NCBI GenBank assembly: GCA_013265495.1 | Contig: MU061547.1 | Location: 1-64,000, forward strand | Length of the DNA stretch: 64,000 nt | Origin: Vicugna vicugna | Lineage: Eukaryota | Direction: 5' to 3' | Shown: piece by piece, positions 49,114 through 62,779 of the stretch | Layout: the number at the start of each line of letters is the position of its first letter | Position numbering within the stretch: position 1 is the stretch's first letter | Position numbers and translations under genes: made by a program | The notes under the pieces: generated by a model | What the model saw: only the letters and a program-made list of their open reading frames with translations | Told to the model about the DNA's origin: nothing | Databases searched by the model: none

Positions 49114-51069
49114 CATTGAGTACAAAGCAATGACTCACCAACCATAAAAGGAATTTTTATAAGCTATGCTCATAGGAGGGTACATGGATTTGGCAGAATT
49201 TCTCAACTAGAACTTTCACATTATTATTTTTTTAAGAGATCTTAGAAACCATTTGCTGTAAAAGAGTGGCTATTAGATATTTAAATATAATGTAATGTAT
49301 TTCAGGATTGGGGGTCAGTTTGAGAAAGCCAGAAGGAGGAAGCATATTAAATTTTAGGTTTAATTTCCTTAAATAATGGACACACCTACAGTGAACTTGG
49401 CTCCTCATTGACGCATATGGTGAGGAAAAGGACATGTCTTGTACATTCATGAACACACAGTGCCTGGAACGCAATACCCCGTGCAGAGGCAGGAAGGGGC
49501 TCCAAGTATCGCACACGTGTTCCAGGCTCAGCACTGATGGCGCTACGTGGGTTCAGTAACTCACATCTCATGACAAACATTTCCCCACCATTTTACAGAA
49601 ACTGAGGCACAGAGAGAGTTAATGTCTTGTCCCAAATCACAGTACTGTAAATGATCTCACCAAATCATTCTTGATCCCAAACCCTCTTGTTAAACCAGTT
49701 CACTGCACTGCCTCTCTGTGTTTGTGGGGTAAACAGCAACAGAAGGAGCTGCTTTCTTTTTTGACTGTTCTCTAAGAGTTACATGCATTACATGCCTCGC
49801 TCAACCCTAACTACAGCTGTGCAAAGTAAGTGGCGTCGTCTCCATCTTATAGTGAAAACAATGAGGCTTGAGGGAGGGTAAACAGCATGCCTGCTCAAAT
49901 TCAGTAAGCAAGTCATCGATGTGGGGTGTGAATCTGAAACCCTGCTTACCCTTAATTTTTTTGTTTTGCTTTTTCTCCCCCTCGACAATGAATAGAGAAG
50001 TGAGAAGGAAAGGAGATATTTATAAGGTTCTCTCCTGATCCCACAGTACACCTGGATCTGTGTCTGAAATTTAACAATTGGAATTGAATACTCTCTTTCC
50101 TTTCCCACTTTGCCATTATCTTTTTAAATGTCTCTGACTAAGGAGCACTTTAATTTGCTTTGAAAAATATGGTTTATCTGGGTCTTTCAGTTGCTGGAAC
50201 ACACCCAGATTCTTCCTGCCTGAGCAGTCTGTGTACAGTGATTTTCTGCATCTGAAACTTTCCCCTGGTCTTGGCAGGACTGGCTTCTTATTCTACTGCT
50301 CTCAGTGAAATGGCATCTTCTCACTGAAGTCTTCCATGAACCTTTGTCAATCTCCATCCCATCACCTTGGTTTTTCTTCCTTTCCCTCTTGATTACCTGC
50401 AATTCAAGCTCGTAAGAACATGGACCGCATGTATTCACGGTGTATCTTCAGCCATTAAAACAGGGCTTGGCAGAGAGTATAAGCTCAATGGATATCATGT
50501 GTGACTAAATATAAAATGACCCCAAATATGACAGAAAACCCACCTTATTGCCAATTTGAAATGTAGAAGAAATAATAAAATATGTATGTAAAGCATTTAT
50601 TTGTTAATTTAAATACACACATTTAAAACTATACATTTTATGTATATGTAATACTAATGTATTGTTTTTTCTTACTCACATTGTATAAAATGACATTTCA
50701 ATTGAAATTTAGTTGCCGTACAATATTGTATTATCGTCCAGTGTCCTACGTAATGATTTGACAGGTGTCCACATTATGAGGTGATCACCCCAATAAGTTT
50801 GTAACCATTTACCCCCATGCAAAGTTATTAAAATGTTATTGACCATGTTCTTATGCTGTATATTAAATCTCCGTGGTTTATGCCTTTTGTAAGTGGAGGT
50901 TGGTCCCTCTTAACCCCCTGCACCGCTTTGCCCACCGTGGCTCTGTATTTGCAAAAGTGGACAGAATAACTGGTGATTTAACCTTACTAACTATACTAAC
51001 GATGACACTGTGATTAGTCATTTTATAAATGGGAAGTCTCTGGCTCTCCTCTGCTTTTTCTCATGAGAA

Positions 51070-51165
51070 GGGATTTTCTGGTGTTGATTAAGGACAACTT
51101 GCAACTATTTTATTGAACACATGCCAGTTGAAAGTGAAAGCAAGCTTTTCGTTTCTCGGAAACTG
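51070..51165. promoter_or_regulatory. Putative distal interferon-responsive enhancer (IRF-E + GAS, kB-like site)
   Basis: GAAAGTGAAAG at 51130-51140, TTTCGTTTC at 51147-51155, consensus GAS TTCTCGGAA at 51153-51161, kB-like GGGATTTTCT at 51070-51079. Confidence 0.6.
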
Positions 51166-52514
51166 ACTAGAGGTTAGGAAAACAGCTCTTTCCTGATCAG
51201 CACAGAGTGCGCAGCTGCGGCTTTTTTAAATGTCAGGCTGCTTGAACTATTTTCTGGGCAAGTTTTCTCTTGGCAGTTTTCTAGGGAGGTTTTCTCTAAA
51301 TGCTGGGTGTGAGCTATAATTCCTCACTTTCCAGTGTACTTGGAGTTGCAGTGTCTAGAATGCTTGCATTGCTTTAAGAGATAGTCGCAGATCAAGTTAA
51401 TTTGCATGTTGGTATTAAAGCTTCACATATGTATACATGCCTAGTGGTTTTAAATGTTGTCCAGAGTTATAGGTCCCAAGAATAGACTTTGAACTTCAGG
51501 TGTGGGATGTTTTTATATTAAGCTGCTTTTCACACGAACTTCATGCAGCACCAGGGACTCATTTATTCAGCTGGGGTCACTAAGGCTCACATACAACGGA
51601 GCCAAGACCAGCAGATTAGGAATAGAATCCGCAGTATACTTGTGTGTTTAGAAAGCATACGTACTGTGTGCACCTGTGCTAGGTGCTCAGGGGGTATGAA
51701 GATCAATTAGACGCAGTCATTGCCCTACGTACGACTTAGTGTAGTGTGTGGGATTGACGTGCACTCAGATAATAGAAAGGTTCATCGACTGTACCAAATA
51801 TGCCACACTGTGAGGGGTGCTGAGGGTAGGGGAGTATTTACGTATGCGTGCGGGGGGCTACGTGCGACCTCCCTGTATTTTCTTCTCCGTTCTGTTGTGA
51901 ACCTGAAACTGCTCTGAAAGAATAAAGTCTATTAAAAAGAAAAAGAATAAAAGGAAAAGAATGGAAAGGAGAGGGAGGGAGGAGCACCGATTACTGAAGT
52001 AGCTAGTCTCAAGAGCTCAAATGGAAACTTTCACCCATGGGGAATTTATTTTGATGTCAGTTATATGAAATGGATTGTATTGTAGTTTTAAAACAATGGC
52101 CTGACAGTTGTTCTTTTTCATATTTAAACTTATTTCTTAACTATCTATTCTGCCCTGTCTATCCTAGTGAATTCAGTACTATGCTTTAAATGACTATAAT
52201 TTATATTTTGTTTCAGTACTGTAGTGAATTCTTTTCCAATGTATGTTTTAGCTCCTCTGACCAACCAATTCTCAGTGAAAAGTAGGATCACTTCGTGAAA
52301 TTCCTTCAGAATTGGGATTATATTGGATATAACAGGCAAATACAAACTGACTTATAAATACTATTTTTAGTTCATTGTTTTCATTTTGGAGCATAGATTG
52401 TTGCTTCATTTAAAACCCCTTTTTAGTCTTCCAGTATTATTGTGTAGTTTTCTATATTTCTCTTCAAATTCAAATTGTTATAGTTGCCTTACTGTTTTTC
52501 CTTTGTAACTGCAC

Positions 52515-53108
52515 TTAAAAACAGATAACACAAACTTTACCATCCTAACTATTTTAAGTGTACACATTAATTATACTTAAATGTTAATTATAGTCATGTC
52601 ATTGTGGAACAGATCTGTAGAGATATTTCACCCTGCAAAACTGAAACTCTATACCCACCGAGCACCCCCATTACCCTCTCACTTCAGCCCTTGACAACCA
52701 CCAGTTCCTATCAGTTTGACTACTTTATATAGCTCATATAAGTGTAACAAAATAGTATTGCTCTTTTTGTAACTGCTTTATTTTGTTTAAAATAGTACCT
52801 TGATTGTTAATCTATGTGGTACCATGTGACAAGATTTTTCTTTTTTAAGGCTAACATTTCATTGTATGCATATACAATGTTTTCTTTCTCTATTTATCTG
52901 TTGGATTCTAATATAGCAGAATTTCTGGGTCATATGGTAACTCTATTTGAAATTTTTTGAAGATTCACTATACAGTTTTCCATAGTTGCTGCATAATTTT
53001 TCATTTCTACTCACATTTCACAAGAGTTCCAATTTTTCCATATGCTTACCAATATTTGTTTTTCCCTTCTCTCTTTCTTCTTTCTCCTTTTCTTTCTCTT
53101 TCTTTCTT

Positions 53109-53169
<61 letters not shown>

Positions 53170-55150
53170 CTCTGTCTCTTTCTTTCTCTATCTTTCTCTC
53201 TTTCTTTCTCCCTTTCTTTCTTTCTATCTTTCTTACTTTTCTTTCTTTCTTGACAGTGGCCATCCTAATTAGTGAGAGGTGATATCTTATTGTAGTTTGG
53301 ACTTTAGATTTGCATTTCCTTAAGGATTAGTGATGTTGAACATCTTTTCATATGCTTGTTAGCTGTTTGTTTATCTTCTTTGGAGACAGATAAATCTTTG
53401 ACCCTTTAAAAACTGGATTATTTGGTTTTTGTTGTGAATTGTAGGAGTTCTTTATATTCTGGATACTACCAGTTACATGTTTTGCAAATATTTTCTCTCA
53501 TTCTGTAAGTTGCATTTTTACCCTGTTGATTGTTTCCTTTGATGAACAGAATTTTTAAAATGACAGAGCAGTGTCCTTGATGAATGTTGATGTGAAAATC
53601 CTCTACAAAAAAACTATGAGACAAAATTCAGTAACATATTAAAAGAAGTCCATACCATGACCAAATGTGAATTGTACCTGCAATTAAAGGATTGTTCAAC
53701 ATAGGAAAATCAATCAATGTGATATACCATATAACAGAATAAAGGGCAAAAACTACATGATCATCTCAAGTGATGGACAAAAAGCATTGGACTAAATTCA
53801 ACACCCTTTCCTGATAAAAAATTCTCAGTAAAATGGGAACACCAGGAAACTACCTCCACATAATAAAGTCTATATATGTAAAACCCACATGTAACATCTC
53901 ACTCAAAGGTGAAAGACAAACCTTTCAGTAAAAAATCAGGAATAAGGCAACAATGACCACTTGGCCACTTCTATTCAACATAGCACTGGAAGTCCCAGCT
54001 AAACCAATTAGAGAAGAAAACTGGGCATCCACTTCAGAAAGGAATAAGTAAAATTATTCCTGTTTACAAAGGGCATAGTCTTATATGAAGAAACTGTAAA
54101 GACTTCACCAAAAAAAACCTCTGTTATAAGTAATAAATGAATTCAGCAAGTTTGTAGGACATAAAATCAACATGCAAAAATCAATTGCATTTTTATACAC
54201 TAACAATAAAACCAATCCAAAAAGGAAATTAAGAAAACAATCTCATTATAATACATCAAAAAGAATAAACTAATAAATTATTGTATATGAATATAAAACA
54301 ATTAATAAAATTAAACCCAGAAGGCAAAAGACTTATACACTAAAAACCACAAAACTTTGATAAAAGAAATTTTAAATGACACAAATAAATGGAAGACATT
54401 CCATGTTCATGATTACAAGACTTAATATTGCTAAAATGTCCATACTACCCAACACGATCTAGAGATTCAATGCAATCTCTATCAAAAGCCCAATGGTGTC
54501 TTTTTCAGAAACATTAAAAGCCAACCTAAAATTCACATGGACTCTCGAGGGAATAGCCCTTGCAATCTTGAAAAAGAATCAAGTTGGAGGACTCACACTT
54601 CCTTGTTTTGTAGTATCTTTGTCTGACTTTGGGATCAGGTACTGCTTGCCTCATAGAGTGAATTTGGAAGTGATCCCTCCTCTTCAGTTTTTGTGGAGGG
54701 TATCAAGGGGATTGATGCTAATTGTTCTTCATTTCTTACTTTCCCATCAACAGGGCACAAGTGTTCCCTTTTCTTTATATTATTGGCCAACACTTATTAT
54801 TTGTTGGATTCTTGATATTAGCTGTTCTGATAGATATGAGGTGATATTATGGTTTTGATTTGCATTTCTCTGTTGATTCGTGATGTTGAGCATCTTTTTA
54901 TGTGTCTGTTGGACATCTGTACATCATCTTTGGAAAAATGTCTGTTCAAATCCTCATTTTTAATCAGGTTATTTGGTTCTTAGATGTTGAGTTGTATGAG
55001 TTCTTTCTATATTTTGGATACTAACCCCTTATCAGATATATCATTTGCAAAACTTCTCCGATTCAGTAGGTGGCCTTTTGTTTTGTGGATAGTTTTCATT
55101 GCTGTGCAGGAGCTTTTTAGTTTGATGTCATCCCTTTTGTTTCCTTTTCC
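52515..55150. mobile_element. Composite of L1 fragments in alternating orientation
   Basis: Minus-strand L1 3' end (~52515-53560), plus-strand RT-region relic (~53570-54600), minus-strand again (~54600-55150). Confidence 0.75.
53065..53251. repeat. (TTTC)n/(TC)n polypyrimidine tract
   Basis: Direct reading; interrupts an L1 relic. Confidence 0.95.
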
Positions 55151-57116
55151 TTTGTAATTCCCAGCTGAGGACATATGTAGATAGTTCTGCAGTTCAATAT
55201 GAAAAAACGCCTTACATTCGTATATTTTTAGTTTCCCTAGAACTATTGCCCACACTAACATTCAGTGATTATCAGAAGTACCCTAATAGAAGAAAAACTG
55301 AAAACTGAGAGAAAATGTTTGATGATCTGACAAATTTTTAAAATTTGTTGTTGGTTACGATTGCTTTGTACATTTAAATAAATATTTACTTCTTGATTTT
55401 TATTTTTGCATCTTTGAAAGTGGACTCCCAAAATATAAAAATGCAGCCCCTCCCCCAAGTTCTGCATCCATCCCAATGAGAAATAATGGAAGAATGAGCC
55501 TCTAAATGATAGTGATTATTTTGACCTATAAAATTCTGTTTTATAAATGTACACTCACACCTAAGTGTGGGGCACCTTTGGACATGAGAGCTCTTTCTGA
55601 CTTGGGCTCCAGGACAGGCCTGAATGTTACTGTTTGAAGTGACCCCCACATTAGTCAGAGGGCTGGAAGCAGTGGGGAACATGAGAATGTTGCTTAGCAC
55701 TTCATAGACTAAAGGGACATGCAAGTCTCTCGGTGTCATGAAACGTCCCTCTCACCAAGATGAAAGAGTACAATGTAAAGCCCCCCTCAGAGGTGGGACT
55801 GGGTCAGAACAGGGAGATCCTCAGACACCTCGCCGTCTGCTCTCTTCCTGTCAACCTGTAAGCAAGAAATGTCCTCTTCTTCCTGTTAAATACATTAGTC
55901 CTGGATAGGTAGCTTCCTCTAGGTGCTATGTGGGTCCTCCCCTTCCACGTGGAGACAAACTACTTTCTGCATCTCTTCTCCCTTCTTTAACGGTTACCCC
56001 GCCATCCAATCTGTGTCCTGTTCCCATCATTTCACTAAATCTGTCCTTGTCAAGTTTGCCGATCACCTTCCTTTGGACTTCTTCTCAGAATACACTGCAT
56101 ATAATCCAACACTCAACAATCTCTATCCCATTTCCTGAGAATTTCATCCCTTGCTTATTTTTCTCCAGATCACTCACCATCATCTAACACACATGAGGAC
56201 TTTTCTTTTCTTTTTTTTTTTTTTTTTTTTGGAAATTACCTGATGACTCTAGTAGACAAGAGCTGTTCACTTTGTTCACTTCTGGATCCTGAGCCCTTAG
56301 AACTGTGCCCAGCACAAGGTAGGGACTCCACAAATATTGGTTGAATTAATAGGACATCACATTTTCCTGGAACTCCGAGAACCTTTTCTGGCCACTTCTC
56401 TCATCTCCTTCATGTCCCATCCCACCTCTGACCCCTGAAATGTTAGTGTTCTCAAGGCTCTGGCACACATCCTTTGCTTTTCTCATTCTATCCATTTTAC
56501 ACATCACGTGGGCATCACTAACACATAAGTAGTTTGGTTGTCTAACAAATCCTGCCCGTTTAGCTGGGCATTCGGGCCTCATTATGGATTCTGCAACTAG
56601 GTTTCAAGACTCAGTCCTCATTCCTCCACTACGGGAAACCTGTTTCAGGCCTGCACCAGGGTGATAGCTCAATGCTGTCCTTCCTCTGATGGCAGCTTCC
56701 TCACTGAATTGTCCTCCTCCTAGGATGACACAGATAAGGAAGCAGAAGTGCTACGTGAAGGTGACCAGGAATATAGATTTGTCACCTCCTCCCTCTCACA
56801 TATTCTGCTTATGAATGCATGTCTTATCTTTCTTCTTGCCCATCAGATAAAATTATACAAGTTAACAGAGGTTACCTTATTTCTGTACTGCTATGGCATC
56901 TAGTTTCTAAAGGTATGTGGTGAATTAGGGACAAAACATGTTTCCTGAGAAAATTCTTAATATATAATTAAGACTGGAACTCCTGTCTTGGCCAAAGTAG
57001 AAGCAACTCCTCTTCCTGTTGGGCTGTTACTTTTTTACAAGTCTAATCCGTGTGGTCACTGGGCCACCCGTACCATCTGCTGTCACTGTATGCTGTCTGC
57101 TTCTCCTCCCTTGCAG

Positions 57117-60100
57117 GCTTCCGTCTGGGCTGTACAGTGAGATCTGAATCCAGGACATCTAGCTGTGTTATAGACCCCATTCCTTCAAACTCTGGTCTTT
57201 TTAGACACAGATGGCCTGGACATTGAGGATCATGGGAAAATCATCTTTGCTCTTGCCTTTTAATTTGCCATGTTAATTCAACTTTTGTGACATATTCCTG
57301 CAAAATGTAAAACTAAATTATAGATAATGAAGTTAAATTCTCTTACTTTAAACATATTTCTGTGATCAGTACAAATAGATTTCTATTTCAGGGCAACATT
57401 TTCATCTCATTTTTAACACTGTGAAGAATAACACAATTTAGTAAATATTTTATTTAACAGGTGAATCCAGGGCTTTGTATTAAGTCCTATAGACACTACC
57501 GTGAGGAAGGTAATGGACCAGAGGCTAGTTGGTGGGACAACAGTACAAAGCATGATCAGTATAGGATGCCGTGGATGCAGCCCAATTGGACACATAGATG
57601 AAGTTTCATGGTGAGACAACATCTAAACTGTAACCTATGAGGTCGATGGGAGATACCAGTTAAAATGTGTGGAGTTATGAGGTTGGATATAAGAGCTTTG
57701 AAAACAGGGTTCCAATGAAGGATTATACTTATATTGCATTCATTCACAGAACTAGAACAAGTCATAATAAAATTTATATGGAATCACAGAAGACCCAGAA
57801 TTGCCAAAGCATTTCTGAAGAAAAAGAATGTGGCTGGAGGAATAACCCTCTCAGACTTCAGACAATACTACAGAGTTACAGTAAGCAAAACAGCATGGTA
57901 TTGGTACAAAAACAGACATATGGATCAATGCAATAAAATAGAGAACCCAGAAATGAATCTGCAATGTTTTAGTCAATTTACCTTAGACAAAGGAAGCAAG
58001 AACATGCAATGGAATAAAGACAGTCTCTTCAGCAAATCATGTTGGGAAAACTGGACAGCAGCATGTAAATCAGTAAAGGTAGAACACTCCCTCACACCAT
58101 ACACAAAAATAAACTCAAGATGAATTAAAGACTTAAACATAAGACAAGACACAATAGACCTCCTCAAAGAAAATATAAGCAAAACATTACCTCACATACA
58201 TCTCAGCAATGTTCTCCTAGTGCAGTCTACTCAAGCAATACAAATAAAAGCAAAAATAAAAAAGTGGGACCTAATTATACTTATAAGCTGTTGTACAGCC
58301 AAGGAAACCATAAGCAAAGCAAAATGACAACCTACAGAATGGGACAGACTATTTGCAAAAGATGAAACTGACAAAGGCTTGATCTCCAGAATACATAAGC
58401 AGCTCTTACAACTTAATAGGAAAAAAAGAAACAACCCAATCCACAAATGGGCAGAAGACCTAAACAAGCAGTTCTCCAATGAAGACATACAAATGATCAA
58501 TAGGCACATGAAAAAAATGCTCTATATCACTAATTATGAGAGAAACGCAAGTTGAAGCTACAATGAGGTATCACCTCACACCAATGAGAATGGCCATCAT
58601 TCAAAAGTCCACAAATGATAAATGCTGGAGAGGCTGTGAAGCAAAGGTAACCCTCCTATAATGTTACACAGTTGATGGGAATGCAGTTTGGTGCAGCCAC
58701 TGTGGAAAACAGTATGGAGCTTCCTCAAAAGACTAGGAATAGACTTACCATACGACCCAGCAATTCCACTCCTGGGCTATATCCAGAAGGAACTCTAATT
58801 CAAAAAGACACCCACACCCCAATGTTCACAGCAGCACTACTTACAATAACCAAGACATGGAAACAACCTAAATGTCCATCGACAGATAACTGGATAAAGA
58901 AGATGTGATATATTTATGCAATGAAATACTATTCAGCTATAAAAAATGACAACATACTGCCATTTGCAGCAACATGGATGTATCTGGAGAAGGTCATTCT
59001 AAGAGAAGTAAGCCAGAAAGAGAAAGAAAAATACCATGTGATATCACTCATATGTGGAATCCTACAAAAGAAAAACAAAAAAGACAAGTGAACTTAAATA
59101 TAAAAGAGAAATAGACTCACAGACATAGAATACAAACTTGTGGTTGCCAGGAGGGAGTAGGGTGGGAACGGATAGACTGGGAGTTGGAGATTTGCAGGTA
59201 ATGACAGATATATATAGAACAGACAAACAAGTTTCTACTGTATAGCACAGGGAAATATATTCAAGATCTTGTAGTAACTCATGGTGAAAAACAATCTGAA
59301 AATGAATATATGAGTATTCATGTATGACTGAAAATTTGTGCTATACACCAGCAATTGACACAACACTGTGGGCTGACTATAACTCAATTAAAAAGACAAT
59401 AAATTGTATTTAGTAAAGCTTTAGCTGCACTAGAAACTTTCATAAAGGTTTTGGTCTAAGTTTTGGGCTTTGAAGATTGATTCTTCACTGACTTCTAAAA
59501 AGCATGAGCTTGACTGAAGGAAAATATAGTAAATGTGATAATTTTAGGTATACTGATTTTCTCTGTTAGGTGAAATCAATAATTTTGATATTACTCAAGC
59601 CAGAGTCTACACTGAAAGTAGGACCAGCAGATTGGAGACTCCCATTATTGAAAAAAAGGGAGGGGGAGGATTTAGAAATTCTAAATTAAAGTTATTTTTA
59701 ATTTAAAAATTGGAAACAGTTTTCAATTATATTTAAATTTTTCAGTATAAAGTCTAAAACTTAGATGGGCTCAATGTTGAAATTGATTGTACTTTGACCT
59801 AAGCTTATTTTTATCTGACTGCATTTGTTTAGGGGACCAAGATATATGAAACTGTAACTGACTGGTGGATGTAGAGCTGCTTGCTAATCTCAGCACTTGC
59901 AGTGGGATCTGGGTGGTGTCTAATTCCATGTGCCCAGCCTTCAGGGTTCTTCACATCATGCCCTAACTCTCCTTGTCTCTCACTCCAACAGAGCGATCCA
60001 CTACCTCAGCCAAATGTCATAACTCTACCACACTTTTCACATGATGGTGCTTTTAACAGTTCTGACTTGGCTTGTGTTGGTCCTTCCACCTGCACGATCC

Positions 60101-61097
60101 TCTCATCTCCACTGATCTACATTCTACCAGTACTGTAATGCCCAGCTATTTCCCCTACTGCCATCATTTCATAATCAGATATAGACTCGTCTTGCTCTGT
60201 CTCCAAAGATACTTGTTTTTGTTAACTGAATTTACTCCTTTGTGTTTTACACTATAGCTTTGGTTCCACTGCTGGCAGAGATGATAAACTTGGTCACAGT
60301 TTTATGTTTATTTTAGTTGTGTGCCCATCCAGAAAGTCATTTTCTTGAGGACAAGGACTGTCACATGGAACTTTGCATAAACACAACTAAATACACTGCC
60401 CGGTATTTAGCAGACACCCAATGAATTGTTGTTGAATTGAATCAAATAGCATTATGTTTCTAGTATTGCCATAATAAATAAAATTTGCTAAAGATATAAT
60501 GCCCTGCTTATTAGTTCACACCTATGTTCTAGACCTTGTACAAATGAATTAAATAGTGATTGAATGAATGAATGAAAGAAGAACAAACTTCTTTGCCCCT
60601 TGCTCTAATACACTTTCTAGGGTGACCCTAAGAATGACTCGTGGGCCCTTGCACTGGCTGTGCTTCTGAGTAGCAATTTTGCCTACAGTAGCATGGGCAC
60701 CATCATCAAGCAGGTGGACCAAACCTCCAAGTTTTACTGAGATCACAGTTATGGCAACTGAGACTGTTTCTTTTTTCCTGGGAGTCAGTCATCATGGTTG
60801 GAAATGGGACACTAGGCAAAAGTTAATATTTATAAAATTTTTTTATCAGATCTGGAAATTCACAATGTAAAACTCTTCTCCTTCCTTAAGCTCAGTTCCC
60901 AGCTCTGTGACTCAACTAACACAGCCAATTAGGGAAAAACCTTCCTTGACACCTGATGAAGTAGGAGATTCCACCGAGTTTTTATATTTTTCCCCAGGTT
61001 TTGCTGGGACTGTCTGGATTTCACCCTGGAGAAGAAAATAGATGGACACCCCATCAATGAAAATGAGTACTGGAAGATGCTTTGAAGCTGCTTCCAG
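57117..61097 (+). pseudogene. Unprocessed GBP4/6/7-type pseudogene (relics of exons 3, 4 and 5)
   Basis: Exon 3 relic 57117-~57229 (GFRLGCTVRSE...TLVFLDTDGL, disrupted). Exon 4 relic 60621-~60730 (GDPKNDSWALALAVLLSSNFAYSSMGTI). Exon 5 relic 60903-61097 (SVTQLTQPIREK...DSTEF...DFTLEKKIDGHPINENEY..EDALKLLP) with two 1-nt deletions and a lost GT donor. AG acceptors are retained. Confidence 0.88.
57739..59400 (+). mobile_element. 5'-truncated L1 (ORF2 C-terminal part and 3' UTR) in intron 3 of the GBP pseudogene
   Basis: [22 protein letters not shown]...[11 protein letters not shown]...DSLFSK; 3' part similar to the L1 at 31129-31812. Confidence 0.92.
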
Positions 61098-61301
61098 ATA
61101 CCACAGATAGCCTGGGTGGTAGCTGGTTTAGTAGTGGATAGGATCAAGTGAGCACCATCACTCAGAACTTGACTTCAATCATAATTGACCCTGGACTGAA
61201 AACCATGCTAACAGTGGTGATGGTTAAGTGCAAATGGTGATTGATATTCTTGGGTTATTACTTGTAAAACTCCTGTGCTGGATAAGCTCACTGAAGAAAA
61301 T

Positions 61302-61682
61302 TGTACTAGTTAGGGTTTTCCAGAAAAACAGAACACACACACACACACACACACACATAGAGATATTATGTATAAAAATTATATATAATTATAAGAGTTA
61401 TAAGAATTGGCTCATCCAATTATGAAGGCCAAGTAGTACCACAATCTGTCTGCAAGCTGGAGAACCAAGAAAGTCACTGGTGTTATTCAGTCTGAGTCTG
61501 AAGGCCTGAGACCAGGGATTGGATGATGTCCACCCACATTCATGAAGGTGGACCTTTTTACTCTATTGAATCAAATATTAATCCCTCCAGAAACCCCCTC
61601 ACAGACCTACTTAGAAATAATGTTTTACCAGCTCTCTGGGTATCCCTTAGCTCTTTCAACTTGACTCATACATTTAACAATC
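61302..61682. mobile_element. MLT2-like ERVL LTR containing a (CA)n tract
   Basis: tgtactagttagggttttccagaaaaacagaac...gaaataatgttttaccagct pattern. Confidence 0.65.
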
Positions 61683-62352
61683 CCCATATTTGAAAACCAA
61701 TGTTGGGGCAAATGACTTTATACCAACTGACACCATGAAAATAATTTTCCAGGCTACAGTCAGTGCTGTAACTCCCCAAGGCTCACATGCATACGTTCCG
61801 AGTTTGTGCTCCTCCTATTTTGTACTGCCAAAAAGAGCTCATCAGAGCAGGACTTAATACACATAGAATCTCAAGAAATAAAATAATTTCACCTAAAAAT
61901 ACGTTTTACAAAGCATATTTTGGTAGTGCCTGGACAGTTGCATTTTCCAGAGAAAGAATATATACACACCTAAATTTTCACCCCAAAATGACGTATCCTT
62001 CCAGAAGGCTACCGAGCCCTTCACTTTACTTTGCCTAGGACCTAACTCTTATGCATTGGAGTATCATTTTGTTATTTACCGTAGTGCATTGTTGTATTTA
62101 GCACAGTGAGTAACTGATGGCACCTAAGAAGAATATTCATTTTTGTTTACTCATTCATTTATTCCATCAGAAACATTTATTAAATAGTTAAACACCAGGT
62201 AAGTATCACAGAACGACTCTGTAAGGCACTGTCAAGTGTGATGAAATCTGATACAGATAAGAAGTGAGTTCCAAATTATATTTAGGTTGACCTTAATCTC
62301 CAGAGTTTTCTCTTAACAGAATTCCCAAACACATTTTTGGTTTATATGTGTT

Positions 62353-62375
62353 TGTGTGTGTGTGTGTGTGTGTGT
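62353..62375. repeat. (TG)n microsatellite
   Basis: Direct reading. Confidence 0.95.
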
Positions 62376-62779
62376 ATACACATAAGGTCTGATTTGTATA
62401 TTTGTTCCACTCTTATCCACATAGTATTTTCTCAAGGAACATTGTATTCTTTCTGGCAGTACTGTATTACTTTACTTTAGGGCCCTTCATTTCAGCCATG
62501 GAGACAGTAGGATCACGAGGAATTATGACCATGTTTTCATTAAACTCTCATTTAATACACATTTAATAAACCCTTAATTCACTAAGCTCCATACCAGTGC
62601 TAAGAAAGCCAACCATGTGTTTCTTCACTTAGGCTGCCTGCCTCTCCTTCTTCACTTGAAGTACTTCCTTGACTCTTGGCTGGTGCAGAAAATGATGTTC
62701 CTTCTCTTTGCTGGATTAGCACAATTTCATTTGCAATAATGTGACACCAGATTGAGTTAAAGGAAATTTAAATACATAG

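Noticed and set aside
51720..51917. ORF ending SVVNLKLL, similar to ORF 12197-12427
   Set aside because: Both derive from related old L1 3' UTR fragments, not a gene family.
52957..53282. F/L/S-rich and K/E/R-rich ORFs
   Set aside because: They are translations of the (TTTC)n tract.
56885..56920. ATGGCATCT as a possible exon 2 start of the GBP pseudogene
   Set aside because: Only about 9 nt of similarity, with no downstream P-loop sequence.
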